Part shown: in pieces, positions 31,625-40,491 of the stretch
Numbering within the stretch: the stretch's first letter is position 1
How the letters are laid out: every line of letters begins with the position of its first letter
Assembly (NCBI GenBank): GCA_963789615.1
Contig: CAWBLI010000005.1
Location: 1,454,309 to 1,518,308 of the forward strand
From: an uncultured Actinomycetota bacterium
Lineage (GTDB): Bacteria > Actinomycetota > Actinomycetes > JAFAQI01
Direction: 5' to 3'
Length of the DNA stretch: 64,000 nucleotides
Program-made: the position numbers and the translations under genes
The notes under the pieces: generated by a model
The model's input: the letters and a program-made list of their open reading frames with translations, nothing else
Database searches by the model: none
Told to the model about the DNA's origin: nothing

Positions 31625-32332
31625 CGGACCCGCAGCCGCCGGAAGCCCTTGCCCTTGTTCTCGACCTTGACGACCTCCATGCCGCGGATCTGCTTCGTCG
31701 ACGCGACATGAGTGCCGCCGTCGGCCTGGGTGTCGAGGCCCACGATGTCGACGATCCGGACCTCGGTCAGGCCGGGCGGCAGCAGGTTGGTCGCGGTCCG
31801 GATGATGTCCGGGATCGCGAACGCCTCGTCGTACGGGAGGACTGAGACGTCGATCCGACGGTCGGCGTCGATCTCCACCGCGCAGGCCGCCGCGATCGAG
31901 TCCTTGAACCCCTCCGGGACCTCGGGCAGGTTGAAGTCCATCCGGGCTTCGAGCGGCTCCATGTTGCCGCCGGTCACCAGCGCGCCGTAGTCGCGGAACA
32001 CGACGCCGGCGAGCAGGTGCAGCCCCGAGTGGGTGCGCATCAGGGCGGTACGACGGTCGTCGTCGAGAGCACCCTGCACCGACGTACCGGGCTGGGGGGA
32101 CCGGGTCGTCGTCGGCGGGGATCAGGTAGACGTCGTCGCCGGTGTGACGGGCTCCGACGATGCGGGTCTGGACGCCACCCCAGAGCAGGACCCCGTGGTC
32201 GGGCGGCTGGCCGCCGCCGCCGGGATAGAACGCGGAGCGGTCCAGGACGATGCCATCGGCGTCACTGCTGAGGACGGTTGCCTCCCAGTCGCGGAGGGTC
32301 GCGTCGGTCAGCTCTAACCGGTGGGTCGCCAC
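31612..32332 (-). pseudogene. alanyl-tRNA editing protein AlaX-like (AlaRS editing domain homolog); frameshift in a 6-G run at about 32094-32099
   Basis: N-terminal ...LELTDATLRDWEATVLSSDADGIVLDRSAFYPGGGGQPPDHGVL and C-terminal ...ALMRTHSGLHLLAGVV...GGTHVASTKQIRG lie in different frames. HxxxH and CxxxH editing-site pattern is present. Confidence 0.6.
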
Positions 32333-32645
32333 GTCTGGCAGGCTACGACCAAGCCGCCGGTGCGCGGCGGCCCGATCGCGAACGACGACCCAGGAGATCC
32401 GATGGCGACAGTGGTACTGGTCGGAGGCTCGCGCGACGGCGAGAGCACGGTCGTGGACGACGAGGTGCGGCGGTTGCTGGCTCACTCGGATGCGCCGGGC
32501 CTGCTCGACGTCTACGAGCCCACCGGTGAGCATCACCATCTGGCCGGCAACGAGGATCCGGCGGAGGTGTTCGCGTTCGTCGGCCAGGAACCGCTCGGTG
32601 ACATGGCGCCGGAGTCGCTGCACCTGCCGCCGAAGGCCTGATTTC

Positions 32646-32946
32646 TTACCAGGGGCCGTACGGGCCCTGCGAGCTGCTGCCGCCGCTGATCCCTCGGACG
32701 GCGGGTCGGACATCGAGCAGGTAGATCAGCGCCGCGATCAGCCCGATGACGCTGAGGAATCCGGCCAGGCTGAACAGGAACGCGACCACGAGGATCGTGA
32801 CCCAGGCCGTCTTGTGCAGCTTGCCGGCGGCGCGGTAGGCGGCGTCGGTGTGCAGCAGCGAGTCGACGAACGAGTACACGATGACCACGAGGATCGCCAC
32901 GTGGATGATGAGGAACACGCCGTTCAGCGGCGACAGGAGATTCATG
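32646..32946 (-). CDS. DUF2516 family small membrane protein
   Basis: MNLLSPLNGVFLIIHVAILVVIVYSFVDSLLHTDAAYRAAGKLHKTAWVTILVVAFLFSLAGFLSVIGLIAALIYLLD. Two TM helices flank the conserved TDAAY/AAGKL motif. Confidence 0.5.
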
Positions 32947-33000
32947 GCAATGTCCAGAGTACGGCGCGGAACCGCACGGACTGTGATACGTCGTAACACC

Positions 33001-33877
33001 ATGCGCAGCAGCAGGATCGCCGGTCTCGGAATCGTCGTCGGCCTAGGCCTCGCCTCGGCATGTGGGGCAGGCGACTGGGTTCCACATGGACGGCGCACGC
33101 AACGCCAGCTTCGTTGAGCCCGGGATCACCATCGGGAGCTCGGCACGCCGATGCGGTTGCCGAGGCGAGGCGGCTGGTGCGGCTGAGCCCGACGATGACC
33201 GGCGAGACCCGCATTGCTACCGCCCCCGTGAAGAGCCTGCGGCACCCCCCGTTTGCTCCCGCGGAGAGCCAGCTCGTGATCCGCCACCGGTTCTGGGTCA
33301 GCGACCGGACCCTCACCGCCACGTTCGATGCGCTGAAGAAACTGGCGCCGCACGGCACCCGGACACAAGGCGAGGGAGAGTCCGGCGACCACGGCCGGGT
33401 CACCGAACGGGACATCGAGTTCGCCGTGGTTCACCTGCCGGGCACGCTCGCCGACGCAGACCTAGACATCCAGGTCGTTCGCGACGGCCACGGGCACAGT
33501 GCCGTCGGGGCCTACGCCGAGGTGGTGCCGCAGCCCAAGCGCAGGCCGAACGAGCACGTCCCACTCTCCGTCCGCACCGTGAAACTGTTGCGGCTGAAGG
33601 ATTTTCCGTCGCGAGTCGTCAAGAGCAGGACGATCAATGGCCGTCGCGCCGCAACCCTGGTCCGCGACTTCGATGCCCTCGTGGTCAGGCCCCCCGGCGA
33701 GATGAGCTGCCCGGCCGGCACGCACGAAACCGAGGCGGTCTTCCGTTCCCACGGCCACACCTGGCGGGCGTCGTACCCGTCGTGCGACGCGTGTCCGTCA
33801 CCCGCGGCGGCCACCAGCTGCCCGATCTGGTGCCCGACCGCGCATTCACCCGGGCGTTGCATCGCGACCTCGGTTGA
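33001..33877 (+). pseudogene. hypothetical lipoprotein; signal peptide, body and tail are in three different frames
   Basis: MRSSRIAGLGIVVGLGLASACGAGDW (lipobox LASAC) in frame 1. Body roughly 270 aa in frame 0. TGA at 33875-33877 (frame 2) is embedded in the family A hairpin exactly as for two other genes, suggesting it is the true stop. Confidence 0.35.
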
Positions 33878-33930
33878 GTGTGACGCTCTGTCCCTTCCGA
33901 CCCGGGTAGTAAGGGACGGATCGTCACACT
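33874..33930. repeat. nested-hairpin repeat element, family A (copy 2)
   Basis: TGAGTGTGACG-CTCT-GTCCCTT-N14-AAGGGAC-GGAT-CGTCACACTC. The outer 10-bp stem and inner 7-bp stem match the architecture of copies at 4430 and 43537. Lies between convergent gene ends. Confidence 0.55.
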
Positions 33931-33942
33931 CGACGGGGAGGG

Positions 33943-35262
33943 TTAGCGGTGGAACGGGCCCGAAATGCCCGGCGGCACCGGGACGTGATGCTGCAGCGCC
34001 CAGTCCCGCGCCATCGCGATCCGCGCCGGTGTCGTCGGGTGGTTGAAGAAGAGCACGAAGAGCACCGGCGACGGCTCGAGATCGTCGAGGCCGCTGAGGG
34101 CGAGGTTGCGCTGCGCCTGGACGAAGGCCTGCGGGTCGCGGTCGAGCACCAGCGAGTGATGGTCGGCGCGCGCCTCGATGTGGCGTGACACGACGTTGTA
34201 CAGCGGGCTGATGGCGAAGTTCAGGACGGTGTACGACGCGAGCAGCAGCGGGACGATGAGCGGATCGGCCATGCCGGTGGCGCCGCCGAGTCGCGGCAGC
34301 CGACGGCCGGGGCCGAGGAACGCACCGGCCAGGCACATCGCGGCGGCGACCCCGATCGCGCCTTCCAGGGTGCCGCGCAGTACGTCGTGGTACTTCGAGT
34401 GGCCGAGCTCGTGGGCGGTCAGTGCCCGGATCTCGCGCGGATTGTCGTCGCGCAGCAACGTGTCGTAGAGCACCAGCCGCCGGCTCCCGCCGAAGCCGCT
34501 GACGTAGGCGTTCTCCGAGTTGGTGCGGGCCCCTTCGTGCGCCACCAGGATGTCTTTGAGGGGCTGCCCGTCCCGCCGAGCGAGGGCAAGCAGCGAGGTC
34601 CGCAGCGGGCCGGCTGGCAGCGACGTCGTCGACGTGAACAGCGGCTGCACGGTGTAGGGGTAGACGTACGAACCGACGATGACCAGGGCCGCGCCGACCC
34701 CCGCCGCCCAGATCCACCACCGCCTCGGCGCCCGGCGCGCCAGCGCGATGAGGATCAGCACGACTACCGATGTCGACACGATCGTGACGAGGTAGCCGCG
34801 GCCGACGTCGGCGAACCACCCCGACCACCCTTCGTTGGTCAGGCCGTAGTGCCGCTCGATGGTGTGCTCGTGCGCGGCAATCGGAAGCAGCACCAGCAGG
34901 GTCACCAGGGTGACGAGGACGGCGCCGGCGAAGCCCTGCAGCAGCCACCGCCGGGTCGGGAGCCGCTCGATCAGCCGGGCGCCGAGCGGCGAGAGCCCGA
35001 GCGCCGCCGGGATCAGGATCGACAGGGCCACCGCCAGCAGCCCCCACGGACGGATGACGTCGTGGTACGCCGTCTCCCGGGCGATCTGGGCAGCCGTGAA
35101 GTCCACGGTGGCGTCCGGATGCACCGGTCCGCCCGGCACCTTCCCGGGCAGCGGGTGCCAGGGCGTGGTCAGCGCGATGAGGACGCCGAGACCGACCAGC
35201 AGGATCACGCCGCACAGCAGCGGCGTCCGTCGGCTCACCCCGGCACCGCGGTTGCGAACCAT
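33943..35262 (-). CDS. M48 family (HtpX/Ste24-like) integral membrane zinc metallopeptidase
   Basis: HELGHSKYHD zinc-binding motif, multiple TM helices, downstream E...A...H third ligand region. Confidence 0.75.
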   Translation of the reverse strand: MVRNRGAGVSRRTPLLCGVILLVGLGVLIALTTPWHPLPGKVPGGPVHPDATVDFTAAQIARETAYHDVIRPWGLLAVALSILIPAALGLSPLGARLIERLPTRRWLLQGFAGAVLVTLVTLLVLLPIAAHEHTIERHYGLTNEGWSGWFADVGRGYLVTIVSTSVVVLILIALARRAPRRWWIWAAGVGAALVIVGSYVYPYTVQPLFTSTTSLPAGPLRTSLLALARRDGQPLKDILVAHEGARTNSENAYVSGFGGSRRLVLYDTLLRDDNPREIRALTAHELGHSKYHDVLRGTLEGAIGVAAAMCLAGAFLGPGRRLPRLGGATGMADPLIVPLLLASYTVLNFAISPLYNVVSRHIEARADHHSLVLDRDPQAFVQAQRNLALSGLDDLEPSPVLFVLFFNHPTTPARIAMARDWALQHHVPVPPGISGPFHR

Positions 35263-36014
35263 CGACCGGCGACGTCGAACGAGCGGACCGGCCGGCCGAA
35301 GCATTCGGTCAGTGCCGCCGAGTCACGCAGCAGCGAGACGTCGCCCTGGGCAGTGATCCGGCCGTCGCGCAGCAGGGCGACGTGGCTGGTGGTCGCCGGC
35401 AGCTCTTCCAGGTGGTGGGCCACCGTGACGCTGGCCAGCGCCGGGTCCTCGCCAGCAGCGGTCTCGACCGCGGCGAGCAGGTCGGCCCGGCCGGGAAGAT
35501 CCAGGCCGGCGGCCGGCTCGTCGAGCAGCAACAGCGACGGTCGGGGGACGAGCGCCCGGGCGAGCCGGGCCCGGGCGCGTTCGCCCTGCGAGCACACGCC
35601 GATCCGCCGGTCGGACAGCGGCGAGAGCCCGACCGAGGCGACGAGCCGGCGTACCCGCTCGCGGGTCTCGGCACCGGGTACGCCGAGCGGCTGCACGGTC
35701 TGGGTCGCGCCGGTTTCGACGTACTGCTCGACCGTCAGCTCGCCCGGCAGCCGCAGCCGGACGTCGACGGAGCCGATGGCGCGTCGTAGCTCGCGGACGT
35801 CGACCTGCCCGAGCCGGCGACCGAAGACCTCGACCGTGCCGGACGACGGGAACCGCTGGGCGCCTGCCAGGGCGAGCAGCGTGGACTTGCCGGCGCCGTT
35901 CGCGCCGAGCAGCGCCCAGTGCTCACCGGGAGCGACGACCAGGTCGATCTGGTGGAGGACGTGCGGGCCGCCGGGGAACCACACCTCGGCCCCTCGGATA
36001 GCCAGCACGCTCAC
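35235..36014 (-). CDS. ABC transporter ATP-binding protein
   Basis: Walker A GANGAGKST, ABC signature CSQGERARARLARAL, Walker B LLLLDEP. Confidence 0.7.
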   Translation of the reverse strand: MSVLAIRGAEVWFPGGPHVLHQIDLVVAPGEHWALLGANGAGKSTLLALAGAQRFPSSGTVEVFGRRLGQVDVRELRRAIGSVDVRLRLPGELTVEQYVETGATQTVQPLGVPGAETRERVRRLVASVGLSPLSDRRIGVCSQGERARARLARALVPRPSLLLLDEPAAGLDLPGRADLLAAVETAAGEDPALASVTVAHHLEELPATTSHVALLRDGRITAQGDVSLLRDSAALTECFGRPVRSFDVAGRWFATAVPG

Positions 36015-36033
36015 GTGGTGGCACGCTATCCGT

Positions 36034-36555
36034 ATGCCGAAGCCCGATGCCGACGAGCAGGTCCGTCTCGAGGAACGACGGCAGGAGCTGCGGAGTGAGC
36101 ACCTGGTGCCGGTCGCCGACCGGGCGCCCAGCCCGGGACGCGGAATCCACCATGCGGCGCTGATCTGCAGCGATGTCGAGCAGACCATCGGCTTCTACCA
36201 GGGGCTGCTCGGCTTCCCGCTGGTCGAGCTGGTCGAGAACCGCGACTACCCGGGCTCGTCGCACTTCTTCTTCGACCTCGGCAACCGCACGTTGCTCGGC
36301 TTCTTCGACTTTCCCGGGCTCGGTCTCGAGGCGGCCCCGGAGGGGTTCGGCGGCGTCCAGCACATCGCGATCTCCGTCACGCCCGAGACGCACGCCGCGA
36401 TCCGGCAGCGGCTGGACTCGGCGGGTATCCCGTACGACGGGCCGCAGCGCGGCATCCCGGAGTCGATGTACCTGCGCGACCCCGACGGGATCGGCATCGA
36501 GCTGCTCTCGGACGACCTGATGTTCTTCGGCGGCGAGTGGCTCGACGGCCGCTAG
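36034..36555 (+). CDS. VOC (glyoxalase/bleomycin-resistance/dioxygenase) family protein
   Basis: IHHAALICSDVEQTIGFYQGLLGFPLV ... GVQHIAISV ... GIELL is the paired beta-alpha-beta-beta-beta VOC module. Confidence 0.7.
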   Translation: MPKPDADEQVRLEERRQELRSEHLVPVADRAPSPGRGIHHAALICSDVEQTIGFYQGLLGFPLVELVENRDYPGSSHFFFDLGNRTLLGFFDFPGLGLEAAPEGFGGVQHIAISVTPETHAAIRQRLDSAGIPYDGPQRGIPESMYLRDPDGIGIELLSDDLMFFGGEWLDGR

Positions 36556-36589
36556 CCCACCCCCACGCATGGGCCATTGGTGGGGTTAG
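36556..36589. repeat. CCACCAATGGGCCAT-type palindromic repeat, family P (single copy)
   Basis: CCCACCCCCACGCATGGGCCATTGGTGGGGTTAG. Approximately the reverse complement of the third unit of the tandem array at 60306-60396. Lies between convergent gene ends. Confidence 0.55.
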
Positions 36590-37482
36590 TTGAGGGTGCG
36601 CGGGATGTACGTCGCATGGGCGGCCACGACCAGCACCACGATGAGTCCGACGTACCCGGCCGCAACCCGAAGCCGCTGTTGCCGGGTCAGGCTGAGGTAG
36701 ATCTTGGAAGGCCCCGAGTTGCGGCCCCGGAATCGTTGCCACAGCTCGAATCCGCCGAGCACGATGATGATCAGCAGCACCGGGCTGGGCCGGTAGATCT
36801 CGAGGCCCACGACGGCAGCCAGACCGACCACCCAGATCGCCGGGTGCAACGCCCCCGCGACCCGACCGCCGTCGAGCGGCAGCGCAGGCAGCAGGTTGAA
36901 CAGGTTGAGCAGCATGCCGGTGAAGGCAAGGCTGCGCAGCAGATCGGACCCGTCGGCATGTGCCACCCAGGCGACCGCCAGCGACGCCAGGGTGCCGGCG
37001 ACCGGGCCGGCCAGCGCCGACTCGGCCTCCTCGTAGACCGACCGCGGCATCGACTTCATCGACACGAACGCGCCGAGGAACGGCAGGAAGACGGGCCAGC
37101 CTGATTTGATGCCGCGCGCCCGCAGCACCACGACATGACCCATCTCGTGGACCAGGATGAGCAGGACGAAGCCGAGCGCGAACTTCCAGCCCCACAGGGT
37201 CGCGTACGCCGCCACGGACACGGCCATCGAACCGACGACCACCAGCGCCTTGAGCTTGAACAGCACGGCGCCGAACTTCGCCAGCAGCGCGCCGGCGCCG
37301 GCAACGGGGCCAGTGGCCCGCTTGACCCGCGTGCCGGTCGAAGGTGGCGGCGTACCGGAGTCGTGGTGGTCCGGCGAGGAGTCATCCGGACGGTACGGCG
37401 GCGGGACCTGCACCTGATAGCTCGACACCGCGAACGGATCTCCGGGCGGGAGCGGCTGGTCGGTCACTCCTCCATGGTGCAC
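36586..37482 (-). CDS. site-2 protease family (M50) membrane metalloprotease
   Basis: HEMGH zinc motif inside a TM helix. Pro/Asp-rich cytoplasmic N-terminus. LNLLPALPLDGG (LDG motif). Confidence 0.7.
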   Translation of the reverse strand: MHHGGVTDQPLPPGDPFAVSSYQVQVPPPYRPDDSSPDHHDSGTPPPSTGTRVKRATGPVAGAGALLAKFGAVLFKLKALVVVGSMAVSVAAYATLWGWKFALGFVLLILVHEMGHVVVLRARGIKSGWPVFLPFLGAFVSMKSMPRSVYEEAESALAGPVAGTLASLAVAWVAHADGSDLLRSLAFTGMLLNLFNLLPALPLDGGRVAGALHPAIWVVGLAAVVGLEIYRPSPVLLIIIVLGGFELWQRFRGRNSGPSKIYLSLTRQQRLRVAAGYVGLIVVLVVAAHATYIPRTLN

Positions 37483-37506
37483 CCCGCCGATGCGGGATAC
37501 CTGAAC

Positions 37507-37555
37507 GTGTCAGGACGCTCGAGCCCTGATTTGGGCCGAGCGTCCTGACACGTCC
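37507..37555. repeat. family X palindromic repeat (copy 4)
   Basis: GTGTCAGGACGCTCGAGCCCTGATTTGGGCCGAGCGTCCTGACAC is a 15-bp perfect inverted repeat sharing the TGTCAGGAC...GTCCTGACAC core. Lies 3' of the hbhA-like gene. Confidence 0.6.
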
Positions 37556-37566
37556 TAGGGATTAGG

Positions 37567-38118
37567 TCAGCTGGATGCGCTGGTGGTGCGGACCGACGCG
37601 GTGACCTTCTTGGCCGGGGTACGACGAGCGGTGGCCTTCTTCGCCGTGGGGCGCTTGGCCGTGGTCTTCTTGGCGCTCGTGCGCTTCGCCGTGGTCTTCT
37701 TCGCCGGCGTCGCGGGCTTGCGGTCGTGCGTGCCGAAGGACTTGCCCGGCTTCTCGCCGCGCAGGCCGGCGACAACCTTGGCGCCGCGGGTCGCGAAGTC
37801 GTCGTACGTGCTGGACGCCTGCTTGCGGAAGTCCTCGGCCTGCTTGCGCAGCTCAACCGGCAGCGACTGGGCGCGCGACGGGAAGTCCTCGGCCTGCTTG
37901 CGCAGCACCTTGACCTGCTTGCGAAGCTCGACCGGCAGCGTCTGGGCGCGCGACGGAAGCTCCTCGGCCTGCTTGCGCAGCTCCTTCACCTGCTCCGGGA
38001 ACGACGCGACGACCTCGCGGTAGCGCTCCACGGCCAGGTCACCGGCGCCGGCAAGGGCGTACAGGGGCTTGGGGTCGAAGACGGTGATGGCGGGGATGGT
38101 GGTGCGGACGGTAGGCAT
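37567..38118 (-). CDS. heparin-binding hemagglutinin-like (HbhA family) protein with Lys/Ala-rich C-terminal repeats
   Basis: N-terminal TM-like helix, coiled-coil ELRKQAE.../ELRKQAEDFRKQA, and C-terminal KKTTAKRTSAKKTTAKRPTAKKATARRTPAKK repeats as in mycobacterial HBHA. Confidence 0.6.
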   Translation of the reverse strand: MPTVRTTIPAITVFDPKPLYALAGAGDLAVERYREVVASFPEQVKELRKQAEELPSRAQTLPVELRKQVKVLRKQAEDFPSRAQSLPVELRKQAEDFRKQASSTYDDFATRGAKVVAGLRGEKPGKSFGTHDRKPATPAKKTTAKRTSAKKTTAKRPTAKKATARRTPAKKVTASVRTTSASS

Positions 38119-38219
38119 GTAACGGACCTCCTGGGACCGGGGATGTGTCGCCGATCGCGACACAACGACTGTGCGGGTGGAGCAGCGAACGGACGGCGCC
38201 CGTTCACACGTCCCCACCG

Positions 38220-38750
38220 TTAAGGAACGACGGGACTGTCGGGACTGGACAAGACGTCGGACGCGACCGACGGGTTGCGCGGCGCGCGCCGAGCGGTTCG
38301 GGTCCGCGAGGGCTTGGTGACCTCGGTCGTGACGACCGGGGCTGCCACGGGTGACTCCACCACCGGGACCTCGCCGAGGGTGTCGGCGGCGGCCAGCGCG
38401 GCGTCGTTCTCGCGGCGATACGCCTCGTACAGCTCGAGCAGCACCTGCTTCTGCCGTTCCTGCAGGTGAGCATCCGACAACACCGCCGCTGGGACGTCGC
38501 TGTCGCCGTACCGCTCCTCCAGGATTCCCGCCTGGACGTACAACGCCTCGGCGGAGATCCGCAGCGCCTTCGCGATCTGCTGGAGGATCTCGGCACTGGG
38601 TTTGCGCAGCCCACGCTCGATCTGGCTGAGGTAGGGGTTGGACACCCCCGCGAGCTTGGCCAGCTGCCGCAGCGAGATCTGCGACGACGACCGCTGCTCG
38701 CGGATGTAGTCGCCGAGATTACGAACGTCCAGCTTGGCCACGTGATCCAC
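38220..38750 (-). CDS. XRE-family helix-turn-helix transcriptional regulator (Rv0474-like)
   Basis: QISLRQLAKLAGVSNPYLSQIERGLRKPSAEILQQIAKAL is the canonical Cro/C1 HTH. GTG start. Confidence 0.85.
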   Translation of the reverse strand: MDHVAKLDVRNLGDYIREQRSSSQISLRQLAKLAGVSNPYLSQIERGLRKPSAEILQQIAKALRISAEALYVQAGILEERYGDSDVPAAVLSDAHLQERQKQVLLELYEAYRRENDAALAAADTLGEVPVVESPVAAPVVTTEVTKPSRTRTARRAPRNPSVASDVLSSPDSPVVP

Positions 38751-38797
38751 TTTAGGGGACTGTGCTAGCTATTGCAAGCACACAGCAAGCACATCTG

Positions 38798-38812
38798 GAC
38801 GTGATCCACGTC
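38798..38812. promoter_or_regulatory. palindromic candidate operator upstream of the XRE regulator
   Basis: GACGTGATCCACGTC is a near-perfect palindrome. A related CACGTGATCCAC overlaps the GTG start at 38738-38750. The intervening region has unusually low GC. Confidence 0.35.
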
Positions 38813-38835
38813 ACTCCAGCAAGCACATAACGCGC

Positions 38836-39762
38836 TCAGGCCAGTACGGCGCGGACCTCGCCGACCGGATCGCCGTGACCCAGCACCGGCGTGGTCGCAA
38901 GCTCGTCGAAGATGGCTGCCTCGACGCCGATCCGGCGCAACGCCGCGACGAGGACCGGGACGCGCGCCCGGGCGGCGCCGTCGTCGATCTTCACCGCCAC
39001 GGCCGGGCCGTCGTCGAAGCCGACGGCATAGACGCCCTCGGCGCCGTCCTTGGCCACCAGGCCCGGTACGCCGGACATCAGCGCCGTGACGTCATGCCCA
39101 ATGCCGCCGACCAGCTCCGGATGAGCGCGCATCGCGTCGCCGCAGCGGCCGAGCCGACGGAACGACCGGGCCAGGCCGCTCAGTGTGATCGCGAACAGCG
39201 GAGCGCCGCAGCCGTCGACGGCGGTCGCAGCGACCCGGTCACCGGTCAGGTCCTCGATCGTGGCGCGCAGCGCCTGCTGCAAGGGGTGCGAGGGATCGCG
39301 GTATCCCTGGGTCGGCCAGCCGGCCGCCACGCAGGTCGCGAGCATTCCGGCGTGCTTGCCGGAGCAGTTCTGGGCGATCCGGCTCGGACCTTCACCGGCT
39401 CGCGTCATGGCGCGGCTGCTCTCGCCGTCGAGCGGCATGCCGGGGGTGTTGTCGAGGTCGCTCTCGTCGAGCCCGGCGCCGGCCAGGATCCGTCGTACCA
39501 CCGCAAGGTGCTCCGGCTGGCCGGAGTGGCTGGCGCAGACCAGGGCCAGCTGCTGGTCGTCGACGTCGAGGCCGGCGCGCAACATTCCCAACGCCTGCAA
39601 CGGCTTCACCGCGCTGCGTGGCAGCATCGGCTCGTCGGGGCGGCCGGCGGCGAAGCCGGTCGAGCCGTCGGCGAGCAGGGCGATCACGCTGCCGTGGTGA
39701 TGGCCCTCGACGAAGCCGTTGCGAACTACCTCGGCGACGACAGGCAACGATTCGGCCCCCAC
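38836..39762 (-). CDS. asparaginase (PF06089 L-asparaginase II family)
   Basis: ...RSAVKPLQALGMLRAGL...ALVCASHSGQPEHLAVV...NCSGKHAGMLATC...DGCGAP matches the Rhizobium-type asparaginase II family. Confidence 0.8.
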   Translation of the reverse strand: MGAESLPVVAEVVRNGFVEGHHHGSVIALLADGSTGFAAGRPDEPMLPRSAVKPLQALGMLRAGLDVDDQQLALVCASHSGQPEHLAVVRRILAGAGLDESDLDNTPGMPLDGESSRAMTRAGEGPSRIAQNCSGKHAGMLATCVAAGWPTQGYRDPSHPLQQALRATIEDLTGDRVAATAVDGCGAPLFAITLSGLARSFRRLGRCGDAMRAHPELVGGIGHDVTALMSGVPGLVAKDGAEGVYAVGFDDGPAVAVKIDDGAARARVPVLVAALRRIGVEAAIFDELATTPVLGHGDPVGEVRAVLA

Positions 39763-39782
39763 GCCGGCTGCGGTGGTGCTGA

Positions 39783-40359
39783 TCAGCTGCTCTCGGTGGG
39801 CAACAGGTCAGCGACGTCGGCGGTGCCGTCCTTGTAGCGGCGTCCGATCTCGGCCGTGCACGCGTCCATCACGTGCTGGACCAGGCGGCGCTTGGCCGAC
39901 AGGTCGACCTCCTCGTGCTGGAGCAGGTCGAGCACTCGGTTGAGGTCGGCATCGTCGTGTTGCGAGGGATCCGAGAGGTCGACGTCGGCGAGCATCGACT
40001 CGAGGTAGCGACGGTGCTCCTCGGACTCGGTCGGCTCGACGGTGACGTGGCGGCCCGAGGCCGTGGGGGCCGACCGGCGGCCCATCGGCGAGGATCGTAG
40101 TGAGCGAGTCGACGAGGGAGTTCGAGCCATCGCCCACGCGGCGGGCGAGCTCGGCGCGCAGGATGTCCATCCGGCCTTGCAGCAGCCGCCGCAGGTAGGA
40201 CAGGTTGGTCTCCTCCTGCTCGGCTTCGGAGCGCATCCGGCGGACGTCCTCGAGCGGGCGCTCGGTGAGGTCGTCCAGGTATCCCTCGGCCAGGATGTGG
40301 TCGATTCGGCGGTTCCCCGGGTTCGTCATGCGAGCGGCCTCCGGCTCTGTCGTCGTCAC
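39783..40359 (-). pseudogene. RsiG-like c-di-GMP-binding anti-sigma factor homolog; frameshift at about 40080-40100
   Basis: Two exact copies of the RsiG motif E-x3-S-x2-R-x3-Q-x3-D: ETNLSYLRRLLQGRMD in the N-terminal helix and EVDLSAKRRLVQHVMD in the C-terminal helix. The halves are in different frames. Confidence 0.5.
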
Positions 40360-40491
40360 CGCGCCATGGTGTCACGACACGCCGCGAACATGTCCGTGCA
40401 GATTGGCCCGAATGGCTCAACGTCCGCAAGAAATGTGCCGAAGAGATGGAAGCAGCCAGCACCAGCCCGCGCCGTCAGGAGGTCGTCGTTC

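Noticed and set aside
33512-36555. Overlapping long ORFs 33512-35215 (-) and 34387-36555 (+)
   Set aside because: Each overlaps a well-supported gene (M48 peptidase, ABC ATPase) in another frame. Only the last 174 aa of the plus ORF (VOC protein) are kept.
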